Assembly (NCBI GenBank): GCA_049967595.1
Contig: JBMFSK010000002.1
Location: forward strand, 1-45,580
Source: Thermoplasmata archaeon
GTDB lineage: Archaea > Thermoplasmatota > Thermoplasmata > Thermoplasmatales > ARK-15
Reading direction: 5' to 3'
Length of the DNA stretch: 45,580 nucleotides
Of this stretch, positions 35,972 through 43,937 are shown in pieces. A program made the translations under genes and the position numbers. Under the pieces are notes generated by a model. The model made no database searches, was not told the DNA's origin, and saw only the letters and a list, made by a program, of their open reading frames with translations. The first letter of the stretch is position 1; each line of letters opens with the position of its first letter.

Positions 35972-36175
35972 ATGGTGAATGATAAGAAATTTTTTAAGCC
36001 TGATAAAATAGATAAAAAATTTATAAAAATAAAGTGCCCGGACTGCGGTAATGAGGAAATAACTTATGTAAGAGGTAGCACCGAAATAAGATGCAGCGTT
36101 TGTGGAGCAACACTTGCTGTGCCTACAGGTGGAAAAATTCTATTAAAGGGAGAAATAACCGGTACTTTTGAATGA
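35972..36175 (+). CDS. rps27e: 30S ribosomal protein S27e
   Basis: IKCPDCGNEE...IRCSVCGATLAVPTGGK. Confidence 0.9.
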   Translation: MVNDKKFFKPDKIDKKFIKIKCPDCGNEEITYVRGSTEIRCSVCGATLAVPTGGKILLKGEITGTFE

Positions 36176-36936
36176 AAAAAGATTATCCTGATGTTGGAGA
36201 TTTCGTTATTGGGACTGTTGAAACAGTAAAGGATTATGGGGCTTTTGTAGATCTTGATGAATATCCAAATAAAAAGGGTTTCATCCATGTCAGTGAAATC
36301 GCATCTGGATGGATAAAATACATTAGGGATTATGTAAGAGAAGGTCAAAAGGTAGTTTGCCAGGTTATAGATATTAACAGGGAGAAAGGTCATATAGATT
36401 TATCATTGAAAAGGGTGAATGAACATCAAAGGAGAGAAAAAGTTCAAGAATGGAAAAATGAACAGAGGTCCAAAAAACTTCTTGAAATTGTTAAGGAAAG
36501 GTGTAAATCAGATCTAAACTTTGATGAGATAGCTGAGGAGCTAGAATCAAAATATGGCACACTATTTTCTGCTTTTGAAAATGCAGCAATGGATAGAGAG
36601 AACTTTGAAAAGGAGAACAAGGGAGAATGGGTAAAGACGTTCTTAGATGTTTCAGGAGAAAACATTGAACAATCACGTGTAAAAATATCAGGGTTTGTAG
36701 AATTAACATCCAATGAAAGAAATGCAATTGACAGTATAAAGGGTGCTTTGTTAAAAATACACAGACCTGAAGAGGGTGTGGTTGTCCAGTATACAGGGGC
36801 ACCAAGGTATAGAATTGTAGTTGAATCAACAGATTATAAAACTGCAGAAGATAAATTGAAAGAAGCGGCAGAAGAGGCAATAGAATACATGAAAAAAAAT
36901 GGCGGAAATGGTGAATTTTTCAGGAAGGTAGAATAA
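36172..36936 (+). CDS. eif2a: translation initiation factor 2 alpha subunit (aIF2-alpha)
   Basis: S1 domain YPDVGDFVIGTV..YGAFVDLDEY..GFIHVSEIASGWI followed by helical and alpha-beta domains. The start overlaps the S27e stop (ATGA). Confidence 0.9.
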   Translation: MKKDYPDVGDFVIGTVETVKDYGAFVDLDEYPNKKGFIHVSEIASGWIKYIRDYVREGQKVVCQVIDINREKGHIDLSLKRVNEHQRREKVQEWKNEQRSKKLLEIVKERCKSDLNFDEIAEELESKYGTLFSAFENAAMDRENFEKENKGEWVKTFLDVSGENIEQSRVKISGFVELTSNERNAIDSIKGALLKIHRPEEGVVVQYTGAPRYRIVVESTDYKTAEDKLKEAAEEAIEYMKKNGGNGEFFRKVE

Positions 36937-36937
36937 A

Positions 36938-37111
36938 TTGAAAACAAAGATTAAAAGGTGTAATTATTGCAAAATATACACATTGAAGGATTACTGTCCA
37001 AAATGTGGTAGACCAACTTCTACAATTTCTCCACCGCATTTCTCACCTGAGGATAAGTATGGTAAGTATAGGAGAGAATTTAAAAAAATGGAGGCAGAAA
37101 AAAATGGATAA
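36938..37111 (+). CDS. nop10: H/ACA RNP protein Nop10 (57 aa, absent from the ORF track)
   Basis: Hand translation from TTG 36938 gives (M)KTKIKRCNYCKIYTLKDYCPKCGRPTSTISPPHFSPEDKYGKYRREFKKMEAEKNG*. This shows the Nop10 zinc ribbon plus the PP.FSP.D.Y..YR motif. The start codon itself is uncertain. Confidence 0.8.
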   Translation: MKTKIKRCNYCKIYTLKDYCPKCGRPTSTISPPHFSPEDKYGKYRREFKKMEAEKNG

Positions 37112-37859
37112 CATTTTAGTAAAAATTTACAAGAAACCTAAACTTAAAAATCCAATTTTCATAGAAGGTTTACCGGGAGTAGGAAATGTAGGAAAAGTAG
37201 CTGCTGAGTATTTGCTTTCAAAATTAGAGGCAATAAAACTTGCAGATATATATTCAAAGTATTTCCCGCCTCAGATACTCATTAATGATGATGGAACAAT
37301 ATATCTTGTAAAGAATGAGCTATATTATGTAAAAACGAAAGGTAATAATGATTTAATATTTCTTGTTGGGGATTATCAGGGCATGTCAAATGAAGGACAG
37401 TTCGAATTATCATATAAGGCATTGGAAATAGTAAAATCTTTCAATGTGAAACTCATTTACACACTTGGAGGTTTTGGAACTGGACAGCTTTCAGAAAAAC
37501 CTAGAGTATTCGGAGCTGCAACTAACGCTAAACTTGTGGAAGAGCTAAAGAAATATGATGTTTTATTTTCTTCTGGAGAACCAAGCAATGGAATAGTCGG
37601 TGCAGCGGGCCTTTTGCTGGGCATTGGAATGAATTTCTTTGACATGGAAGGAGCATGTCTTATGGGAGAAACATCAGGCTATTTCACGGATCCCAAAGGA
37701 GCAATGGCTGTATTGAAAGTCTTGGTAAGCATTTTAAACATTGAAATAGATTTCAAAGATCTAGATTCAAAAATACAAGCATTAAACGAACTTACACAGA
37801 AAATGCAGGAACAGGTAGAGCAAAAAATTAAAAAGGAAGATCTAGGTTATATTGGTTAA
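37104..37859 (+). CDS. PAC2-family proteasome assembly chaperone (PbaA/B-like)
   Basis: FIEGLPGVGNVGKVAAEYL motif. I place the start at ATG 37104 (MDNILVK), overlapping the Nop10 stop. The ORF-track start at 37005 is an out-of-frame read through nop10. Confidence 0.8.
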   Translation: MDNILVKIYKKPKLKNPIFIEGLPGVGNVGKVAAEYLLSKLEAIKLADIYSKYFPPQILINDDGTIYLVKNELYYVKTKGNNDLIFLVGDYQGMSNEGQFELSYKALEIVKSFNVKLIYTLGGFGTGQLSEKPRVFGAATNAKLVEELKKYDVLFSSGEPSNGIVGAAGLLLGIGMNFFDMEGACLMGETSGYFTDPKGAMAVLKVLVSILNIEIDFKDLDSKIQALNELTQKMQEQVEQKIKKEDLGYIG

Positions 37860-37935
37860 TTTCATTTATAACCAATTTTTTTAAATAAAACATCTTAAAA
37901 AAATTTTTTTAAAATTTATTACTTTTGAAAATGAG

Positions 37936-38017
37936 CGCGGGGAGAGGGATTCGAACCCTCGCATCCTTTCGGATAACGGCTTAGCAGGCCGTCGCCATAC
38001 CGCTAGGCTATCCCCGC
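37936..38017 (-). tRNA. tRNA-Ser(GCU)
   Basis: The reverse complement folds as acceptor GCGGGGA/TCCCCGC, anticodon stem ACGGC/GCCGT with loop CTGCTAA, a long variable arm (TATCCGAAAGGATGC) and T-arm GAGGG-TTCGAAT-CCCTC. Confidence 0.9.
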
Positions 38018-38042
38018 TTTTCAAGTATGAAAAACGTAATAT

Positions 38043-38050
38043 TGTATAAA
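38043..38050 (-). promoter_or_regulatory. putative TATA box for tRNA-Ser(GCU), possibly shared with the divergent radical SAM gene
   Basis: TTTATACA on the minus strand, centred about 30 nt upstream of tRNA position 1. The same AT-rich element reads TGTATAAA on the plus strand, 15-20 nt before ATG 38065. Confidence 0.4.
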
Positions 38051-38064
38051 TTATTTTTCTTTCG

Positions 38065-39114
38065 ATGCTTTATTTGTTAACTACTACGGGAAAATGCAAT
38101 CTAAAATGCAGATACTGTGGAGGATCATTTCCTGAAGAGCTTGTACCGTATAAAATCAAATATAACATAGATTCATTGATAAAAATGATAAACAGCGACA
38201 GTGATGCTACAGTTGTTTATTATGGTGGAGAACCTTTGATGAACTCAAAATTTATTCAAGAAATTAATTCAAGACTCAAAATTAAAAGAATCGGAATACA
38301 AACGAATGGTACACTTGTTAAGAATTTTGATAAAAATTTCTGGAGACCTTTTTCATTTGCATTGCTTTCTCTGGACGGCGATGAATCATTAACAGACAAA
38401 AATAGAGGTAAAGATGTTTATAAAGGGGTAATTGATTCCTCTTTATATTTGAAGAATCTTGGCAAAGAACTGATTGCTAGGATGACTGTTACAAAGGATT
38501 CAAATATATACGAGGATGTTATACATATTCTAGATCTATCAATTTTTGATAAAGTTCATTGGCAACTTGATGTTATTTGGGATGAAAAATGGGACATTAT
38601 TAAATTTGCAGATGATGTATATTTACCTGGCCTTGAAAAATTGATGGACCTGTTCGTTGAAAATGTTAGATCTGGAAAAATCTTGAAGATTATTCCTTTT
38701 ATAGGTATACTATCTGCCTATTATTTCAGAAGATTTGATTATTATCCCTGTGGTGCTGGAAAAAATTCAATTACAATAAACCCTGATGGTAGAATTCTTG
38801 CTTGCCCTATTGCTGTAAGTGAAAAATGGAATGATCTTGGACACATTGATAATGGCTTTAAATTAATAGATTCTCCATTTGAATGCAAAAATTGTAAATA
38901 TTTCAGTTATTGTGGAGGCCGCTGCCTTTTTGCATTCAAGGAAAGATACTGGGGAGACAATGGTTTCAAAGATGTTTGTTACATGACAAAAAGAACAATT
39001 GATATAATTCTTTCTAGAGTTGGAGAATTGGATGAAATAATAAAACAGGACATTATAGATAAAAATTCTTTATTTTACGATCCAATTAAAGATTCCACAG
39101 AAATTATACCTTAA
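38065..39114 (+). CDS. radical SAM enzyme with C-terminal SPASM domain (peptide/protein-modifying maturase type)
   Basis: TGKCNLKCRYCGG (CxxxCxxC) nine residues from the N-terminus and a GGEP motif. C-terminal SPASM pattern: PCGAGKNSITINPDGRILACP...CKNCKYFSYCGGRC. Confidence 0.85.
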   Translation: MLYLLTTTGKCNLKCRYCGGSFPEELVPYKIKYNIDSLIKMINSDSDATVVYYGGEPLMNSKFIQEINSRLKIKRIGIQTNGTLVKNFDKNFWRPFSFALLSLDGDESLTDKNRGKDVYKGVIDSSLYLKNLGKELIARMTVTKDSNIYEDVIHILDLSIFDKVHWQLDVIWDEKWDIIKFADDVYLPGLEKLMDLFVENVRSGKILKIIPFIGILSAYYFRRFDYYPCGAGKNSITINPDGRILACPIAVSEKWNDLGHIDNGFKLIDSPFECKNCKYFSYCGGRCLFAFKERYWGDNGFKDVCYMTKRTIDIILSRVGELDEIIKQDIIDKNSLFYDPIKDSTEIIP

Positions 39115-39119
39115 AAAAA

Positions 39120-39653
39120 ATGGAATATTTAAATAACAGCTTTTTATTATTTATTGTGTTTATGGATGATAACGAATTAAAAAATAAGATATTAAATGCT
39201 TACAAGGTTGAAAAATACGCCGAATTGTCATTATTATTGTTATTTCTGGAAGATGAAAAATATGATTTCAGACCTATTGCTGCAAAGTTAGTTCTTGAAT
39301 CTGATGTTCATAAGGAAGTTATGGAAAATATTTTAAAAAAGATGAGACTAGAGGATAAGGGTAATGCTGAAATAAAAAGAACAAAAGAGGATATAGATAG
39401 AATGGATTACAGATCTTTATTGAAACTTCTCGTAAGCAATGAGATTCTAGCAATGAATAATTACCTTGAACTTTATTTATTCACTGATAAAGATATTGTG
39501 AAAAAATATTTTGAGGATCCTGAAGATTATTATTCCTCACTTAAAGAACTTGCCTACGAAGAATTAAATCATACAAAAAGAATTATAGATTTCATTTATA
39601 ACATAGGAGATAAAATACACCAAAGAAGTTTTCAAATAGTAAATCAGATATAA
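39120..39653 (+). CDS. hypothetical all-helical protein, possibly a ferritin-like four-helix bundle
   Basis: Predicted long amphipathic helices with Glu/His pairs (LESDVHKEVMENI; AYEELNHTKRI = ExxH). The family is not securely recognised. A start at ATG 39162 (MDDNELK) is equally plausible. Confidence 0.45.
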   Translation: MEYLNNSFLLFIVFMDDNELKNKILNAYKVEKYAELSLLLLFLEDEKYDFRPIAAKLVLESDVHKEVMENILKKMRLEDKGNAEIKRTKEDIDRMDYRSLLKLLVSNEILAMNNYLELYLFTDKDIVKKYFEDPEDYYSSLKELAYEELNHTKRIIDFIYNIGDKIHQRSFQIVNQI

Positions 39654-39661
39654 GGTAGTGG

Positions 39662-40870
39662 ATGTACAAATACGGCTTTTCAGGGTTGGATAGAAGAATC
39701 TGGTATTTAGGTCTTACAAGATTTATAAGGTCAATGGGTAGGGTATCTTCATTCATATTTTTGCCTTTGATTTTTGTTTTAATTTACAACGTTTCTTTTC
39801 TAATTACAGGAATTTTTCTAGGAATCGCAACATTAATTATGAGCATTGTACAGTACTATTCAGGAAGATCGACGGACAAAATAGGCAGACGCTTGTTTTT
39901 AATAATTATACCATTCCCTGTAGCATTCGTCTATTTCCTAATGTTTTATTTTATATTTTTAAAAATAAATTTCATTTTTGTTGTTTTAGTGTGGTATGCA
40001 AGCATAATAATCAATGCAATACAGTATCCTGCAATACAGGCCTCTGTTGCTGACCTAACATCTGAGTACGAAAGACTATCAGCCTATACTATGATAAGAA
40101 TAATGACAAATGTAGGTGCAGCAGTTGGACCATTAGTGGGAGCTTTTCTAGCCCAATTCAGCTTTTCATACGTTTTTCTTTTTGCATCAATTGCATCCGT
40201 TATAGAGGGAATAATTCTTTTGAAATATTTTAAAGAAACTTATTTCCCTGGAAAAGAGGAGAAAATAAGTTTTTCTATGCGTATTTTAAAATATGATAAA
40301 TTCTTTTTCTTTTTCATAATAATAGGAATTGTGCTTGGATTTGCTCTAAGGCAAAATGGTCCTGCACTGACCCTTTATGCGTTTGACTTAAAAAATTTGC
40401 CAGTTATCGATATCGGTTATATATATTCTCTTAATGGCATACTTGTCATTGCCTTGCAGATGCCTTTTCTTAAATTAATGTCAAAATTTAATACACCGGT
40501 ATTTTGGCGTGGAATATCATCGCTTGTGTATTCACTAGGATTTTTCATACTTGCATTTTCAACAAACCTCCTTTCTATACTTTTTGTAATGGGTGTATTT
40601 ACGGTGGGTGAAGATTTTATGGCCCCTACAACTCAAACAATAATAACGATGATTTCTCCTAGCAATCTCAGGGGAACTTACATAGGAACGTATAATCTAT
40701 TCACAAGCATAGGAAGATTTTTTGGTTCAATAATTGGTCTATATTATCTATATATATTGAAATCAATACCTTTGATTTTCTGGATTTACATTGCCCTAGT
40801 AACTGTAATTTCAGGATCATTTTATTTCTTACTCAATTTAATTTTCAAAAAAAGAAAAAAAATTGATTAG
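39662..40870 (+). CDS. MFS transporter
   Basis: About 12 TM helices and MFS motif A between TM2 and TM3 (GRSTDKIGRR). Confidence 0.85.
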   Translation: MYKYGFSGLDRRIWYLGLTRFIRSMGRVSSFIFLPLIFVLIYNVSFLITGIFLGIATLIMSIVQYYSGRSTDKIGRRLFLIIIPFPVAFVYFLMFYFIFLKINFIFVVLVWYASIIINAIQYPAIQASVADLTSEYERLSAYTMIRIMTNVGAAVGPLVGAFLAQFSFSYVFLFASIASVIEGIILLKYFKETYFPGKEEKISFSMRILKYDKFFFFFIIIGIVLGFALRQNGPALTLYAFDLKNLPVIDIGYIYSLNGILVIALQMPFLKLMSKFNTPVFWRGISSLVYSLGFFILAFSTNLLSILFVMGVFTVGEDFMAPTTQTIITMISPSNLRGTYIGTYNLFTSIGRFFGSIIGLYYLYILKSIPLIFWIYIALVTVISGSFYFLLNLIFKKRKKID

Positions 40871-41058
40871 TAAATTTTTTTATCTGTTTCTGAGCCTCAT
40901 GTTTCAATGAACATTTTCTTTTGATTTAATTTTTATTGAAATTATGAATAGAAAATTTTTTGGTTGTTGAATTTTGTTCAAATAATATTAATTTTAATTA
41001 CTTAAATTAAAGATTTTTTCTTATTTTAGCTCACTGATTATTTCAGCATAAATTCAGG

Positions 41059-41073
41059 ATTTTCTGAGAAAAT
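41059..41073. promoter_or_regulatory. perfect 15-bp palindrome ATTTTCTGAGAAAAT upstream of the MBL-fold gene
   Basis: Verified base by base. It lies 58 nt upstream of ATG 41131. Function unknown. Confidence 0.25.
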
Positions 41074-41130
41074 ATTATTCTTAAAAAGTTATTAAAAAGT
41101 GTTAAATACATTTTTAATATCTCGATCAGG

Positions 41131-42150
41131 ATGATTTTCAAAAATGGTAACATTTCTGAAGTTTTTCCATCCGTATTCAGGATAAAAATAAATTTGCCGA
41201 ATAATCCATTAAAATTTATAAATTCTTATCTAATTATAGGAAATGAACGATCCTTGCTTATAGATACTGCTTTCAATTTAGATTCTTGCTATAAAGAATT
41301 ATCAGATGCTCTTGAAGAATTAAATGTAAATAGGAAAAATTTGGATCTTTTCATAACGCATATTCATGCTGATCATATTGGTCTTGTTGATAGGTTTATA
41401 AAATATTCAAACATTTACATGAGCAATATTGAATATGATATAGTGATCCAAGCAATAAATCAACCTGATTACTGGCACTCCATGAATAATTTTCTTTTTA
41501 AAAATGGCATGCCAAAGAAAATTTTGGAAGGTGCTTTGAAGGATCTCGATCTCGTATATATGCAGACTTACCCATATATGAAAAATGATATTTTAATCAA
41601 CTTCAAATATATCAATAATGGAGAAATATTGAAATACGGTGATTTTGAATTACAGGGCATAATTACACCTGGCCATTCACCAGGGCACATGTGCCTTTAT
41701 GAAAAAAAGAAAAAGATACTTTTTTCTGGTGATCATATTCTTTTTGATATTACCCCAAATATTTCATGGTGGCCAAATTTATACAACCCACTAAGAAACT
41801 ATTTTGAAAGTCTAGACAGAATTTATGATCTAGACATTGAAATAACATTTCCAGGGCATGGTGAACCTGGCAAAAATATAAAACAAAGAATTGAAAATAT
41901 TAAAAAGCACCATCAAAAAAGGTTTGAGGAAATAATGGATATACTTCAGTCAGGATCTAGAACTGCCTATCAAATTGCTTCAGAAATAAAATGGAATATC
42001 AAATATGATGCTTGGGAAACCTTTCCAAGGACTCAAAAATATTTCGCACTCGGTGAAACCATCAGCCATCTAATTTATTTGGAGGAAAATAAAAAGATTA
42101 TTTCAAAAGAAAAAGGAGATATAATAACATACAAAAAAAAAGAATTTTAA
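41131..42150 (+). CDS. metallo-beta-lactamase-fold hydrolase with a C-terminal winged-helix-like extension
   Basis: ITHIHADHIG (HxHxDH), GHSPGH and PGHG motifs. The C-terminal about 80 aa (FEEIMDIL..RTAYQIASEI...LGETISHLIYLEE) looks like a wHTH. Confidence 0.85.
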   Translation: MIFKNGNISEVFPSVFRIKINLPNNPLKFINSYLIIGNERSLLIDTAFNLDSCYKELSDALEELNVNRKNLDLFITHIHADHIGLVDRFIKYSNIYMSNIEYDIVIQAINQPDYWHSMNNFLFKNGMPKKILEGALKDLDLVYMQTYPYMKNDILINFKYINNGEILKYGDFELQGIITPGHSPGHMCLYEKKKKILFSGDHILFDITPNISWWPNLYNPLRNYFESLDRIYDLDIEITFPGHGEPGKNIKQRIENIKKHHQKRFEEIMDILQSGSRTAYQIASEIKWNIKYDAWETFPRTQKYFALGETISHLIYLEENKKIISKEKGDIITYKKKEF

Positions 42151-42174
42151 ATATTCAGTTGCATTAATTCAACC

Positions 42175-43128
42175 ATGATTGAGTTCGAAACTGGGCAATG
42201 GATTTTATCACATCATGGAAAATACAATCTTTTTCAAAGCGGGATGTCTGGGAGGATAAATCTAGACAAACATTTCAGAAATTGTGGCATGGGTGATGAA
42301 AATCAATTAAAGGAAACAATTTCTTTATTGAACGATGAACCTAAAGAGAATATTGTAATAACTCATGGTGCCACAGAAGCTCTATTTTTAACACTTTTCC
42401 ATTTAAAAGAAAAAAGAAAAAAGTATTTTAAAACTTATAAGCCTGAATATGAACCATTAATTAAAGACCCTCCTGCAATAGGATTCATGGAAAATGAAAG
42501 TGAAGTAATGATCTTTAGCAATACTAACAACCCTACTGGAACAGAAGCTCAAATAAAAAAGAATTTTGATACATATATAGTGGATGACACATTTTTACAG
42601 TTTATTATGGATCTTAGTTCAGCAAGATATCCTGAAAATACATACAGGATAAATACATTTACAAAGTTTTATGGTGGGGATGAGGTGCGCGTAGGATATA
42701 TCATTGCACCATCTAAAACAGATGCGGAACAAATAAATGCTTTGAAGGGTATATTCACTGAACAAGTTTCAAAATACAACATATGTGTTGCAAATTCTAT
42801 ATTAAAAGATAATGATGAAATAAAAAATTTTGTAAGAAATGAAATGGCAAAAAATCTTACATACTTAAAAAATAATATTGGTAAGTTAAGATTTTATAAT
42901 GATATGGAACCAAAAGTTGGTACAGTTACATTTTTGGACTATTCATCTTATTCGAAAATGGATTCAGTGGCCATGGCTGAATATCTGTACAAAAATCAGA
43001 TTTCAACGGTTCCAGGGACTCTTTTTGGCGTTAAAGGGCCATATATAAGGGTTTGTTACACAAGAGAAAATTTTAAAGAATCTTTTGAATCATTAATTAA
43101 GGCTCTGGAGAAGGCTGGAGACATATGA
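42175..43128 (+). CDS. PLP-dependent aminotransferase, class I/II fold (short form)
   Basis: ITHGATEAL, SNTNNPTG, VDDTF and the PLP-lysine motif FTKFYGGDEVRVGY. Confidence 0.75.
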   Translation: MIEFETGQWILSHHGKYNLFQSGMSGRINLDKHFRNCGMGDENQLKETISLLNDEPKENIVITHGATEALFLTLFHLKEKRKKYFKTYKPEYEPLIKDPPAIGFMENESEVMIFSNTNNPTGTEAQIKKNFDTYIVDDTFLQFIMDLSSARYPENTYRINTFTKFYGGDEVRVGYIIAPSKTDAEQINALKGIFTEQVSKYNICVANSILKDNDEIKNFVRNEMAKNLTYLKNNIGKLRFYNDMEPKVGTVTFLDYSSYSKMDSVAMAEYLYKNQISTVPGTLFGVKGPYIRVCYTRENFKESFESLIKALEKAGDI

Positions 43129-43937
43129 AAGCTGTAATTGACATCGGTGGCACCAAAACTTTTATAGGTACAACAGATGGATATGACATTTTTGAATTTA
43201 TATCTTTTAAAACTCCAAAAAGATTGTCAGAGTTTCTGGAAATTTTTGAAAAGGTAAATACACTATCAAAGTTTTCAGATACATTGAACATTGCTATCCC
43301 TGGTCGTGCTGACTCAGATGGATGGATTACTTTTTTGCCAAACGTAAATTTAAAAAATTTTAACATTATCGATCCATTCAGGAAATATTTTAATAGCATA
43401 AATGTTCAAAATGATGTTTTCTGCGGTGCATTGAATTTAATATACAAAGAAAAAGCAAGAAATTCTTTACTGATCAACTGGGGATCAGGCATAGGAGGTG
43501 CCATTATAATCAATGGGGCAATATACACTGGAAATGGTAATGCTGGTGAAATAGGGCATATATCTTTTGGAAAAAAAGACATTGAAAAATATATTGGCGG
43601 TTTATTTTTAAAAGATAACTATGGATATACAGGTTATGAATTTCACACAATGGCAGAGAATGGAGATAAAAAAGCACTGGAAAATTTTAAAAAAATCGGT
43701 GCAAAGTTCGGATATTTCTTGAGATCAATGATTTATATTTTGGATCCGGATTCCATTTATCTTTTTGGAAGCTTTTTAAATTCATGGCCATTTATGGAAG
43801 AATCGGTCAAAAGAATCTTAGAAACATATGATAGAAAAGTTAGAATAAGTATAATAAAAGATAAATATTATGTACTTAAAGGGTGCTATTTCCTGGATGA
43901 TTTTTTAAAAAATAAAAAATCAGAGCATTTTTCTTAG
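43125..43937 (+). CDS. ROK-family sugar kinase-like protein (lacks the Cys zinc motif)
   Basis: MKAVIDIGGTKT ATP-binding start and GSGIGGAIIINGAIYTGNGNAGEIGHI ROK signature. No CxCGxxGC motif follows. Confidence 0.8.
   Translation: MKAVIDIGGTKTFIGTTDGYDIFEFISFKTPKRLSEFLEIFEKVNTLSKFSDTLNIAIPGRADSDGWITFLPNVNLKNFNIIDPFRKYFNSINVQNDVFCGALNLIYKEKARNSLLINWGSGIGGAIIINGAIYTGNGNAGEIGHISFGKKDIEKYIGGLFLKDNYGYTGYEFHTMAENGDKKALENFKKIGAKFGYFLRSMIYILDPDSIYLFGSFLNSWPFMEESVKRILETYDRKVRISIIKDKYYVLKGCYFLDDFLKNKKSEHFS

Noticed and set aside
31053-37935. A genomic island bounded by the two tRNA-Ser genes.
   Set aside because: I found no integrase and no direct repeat of a tRNA 3' end. Most of the interval (dph2, purN, L44e, S27e, aIF2-alpha, Nop10, PAC2) is core and in conserved synteny. 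Only 31053-33378 looks potentially accessory.
38027-38080. A 17-aa sORF (MKNVILYKLFFFRCFIC) ending in two cysteines, just upstream of and overlapping the radical SAM/SPASM gene. I considered it as a possible precursor peptide.
   Set aside because: It lies within the 47-bp spacer that must hold the tRNA-Ser(GCU) promoter, overlaps the rSAM start codon and has no ribosome-binding site. It is short enough to arise by chance in AT-rich DNA. It is worth a look only if Ribo-seq or proteomics data exist.
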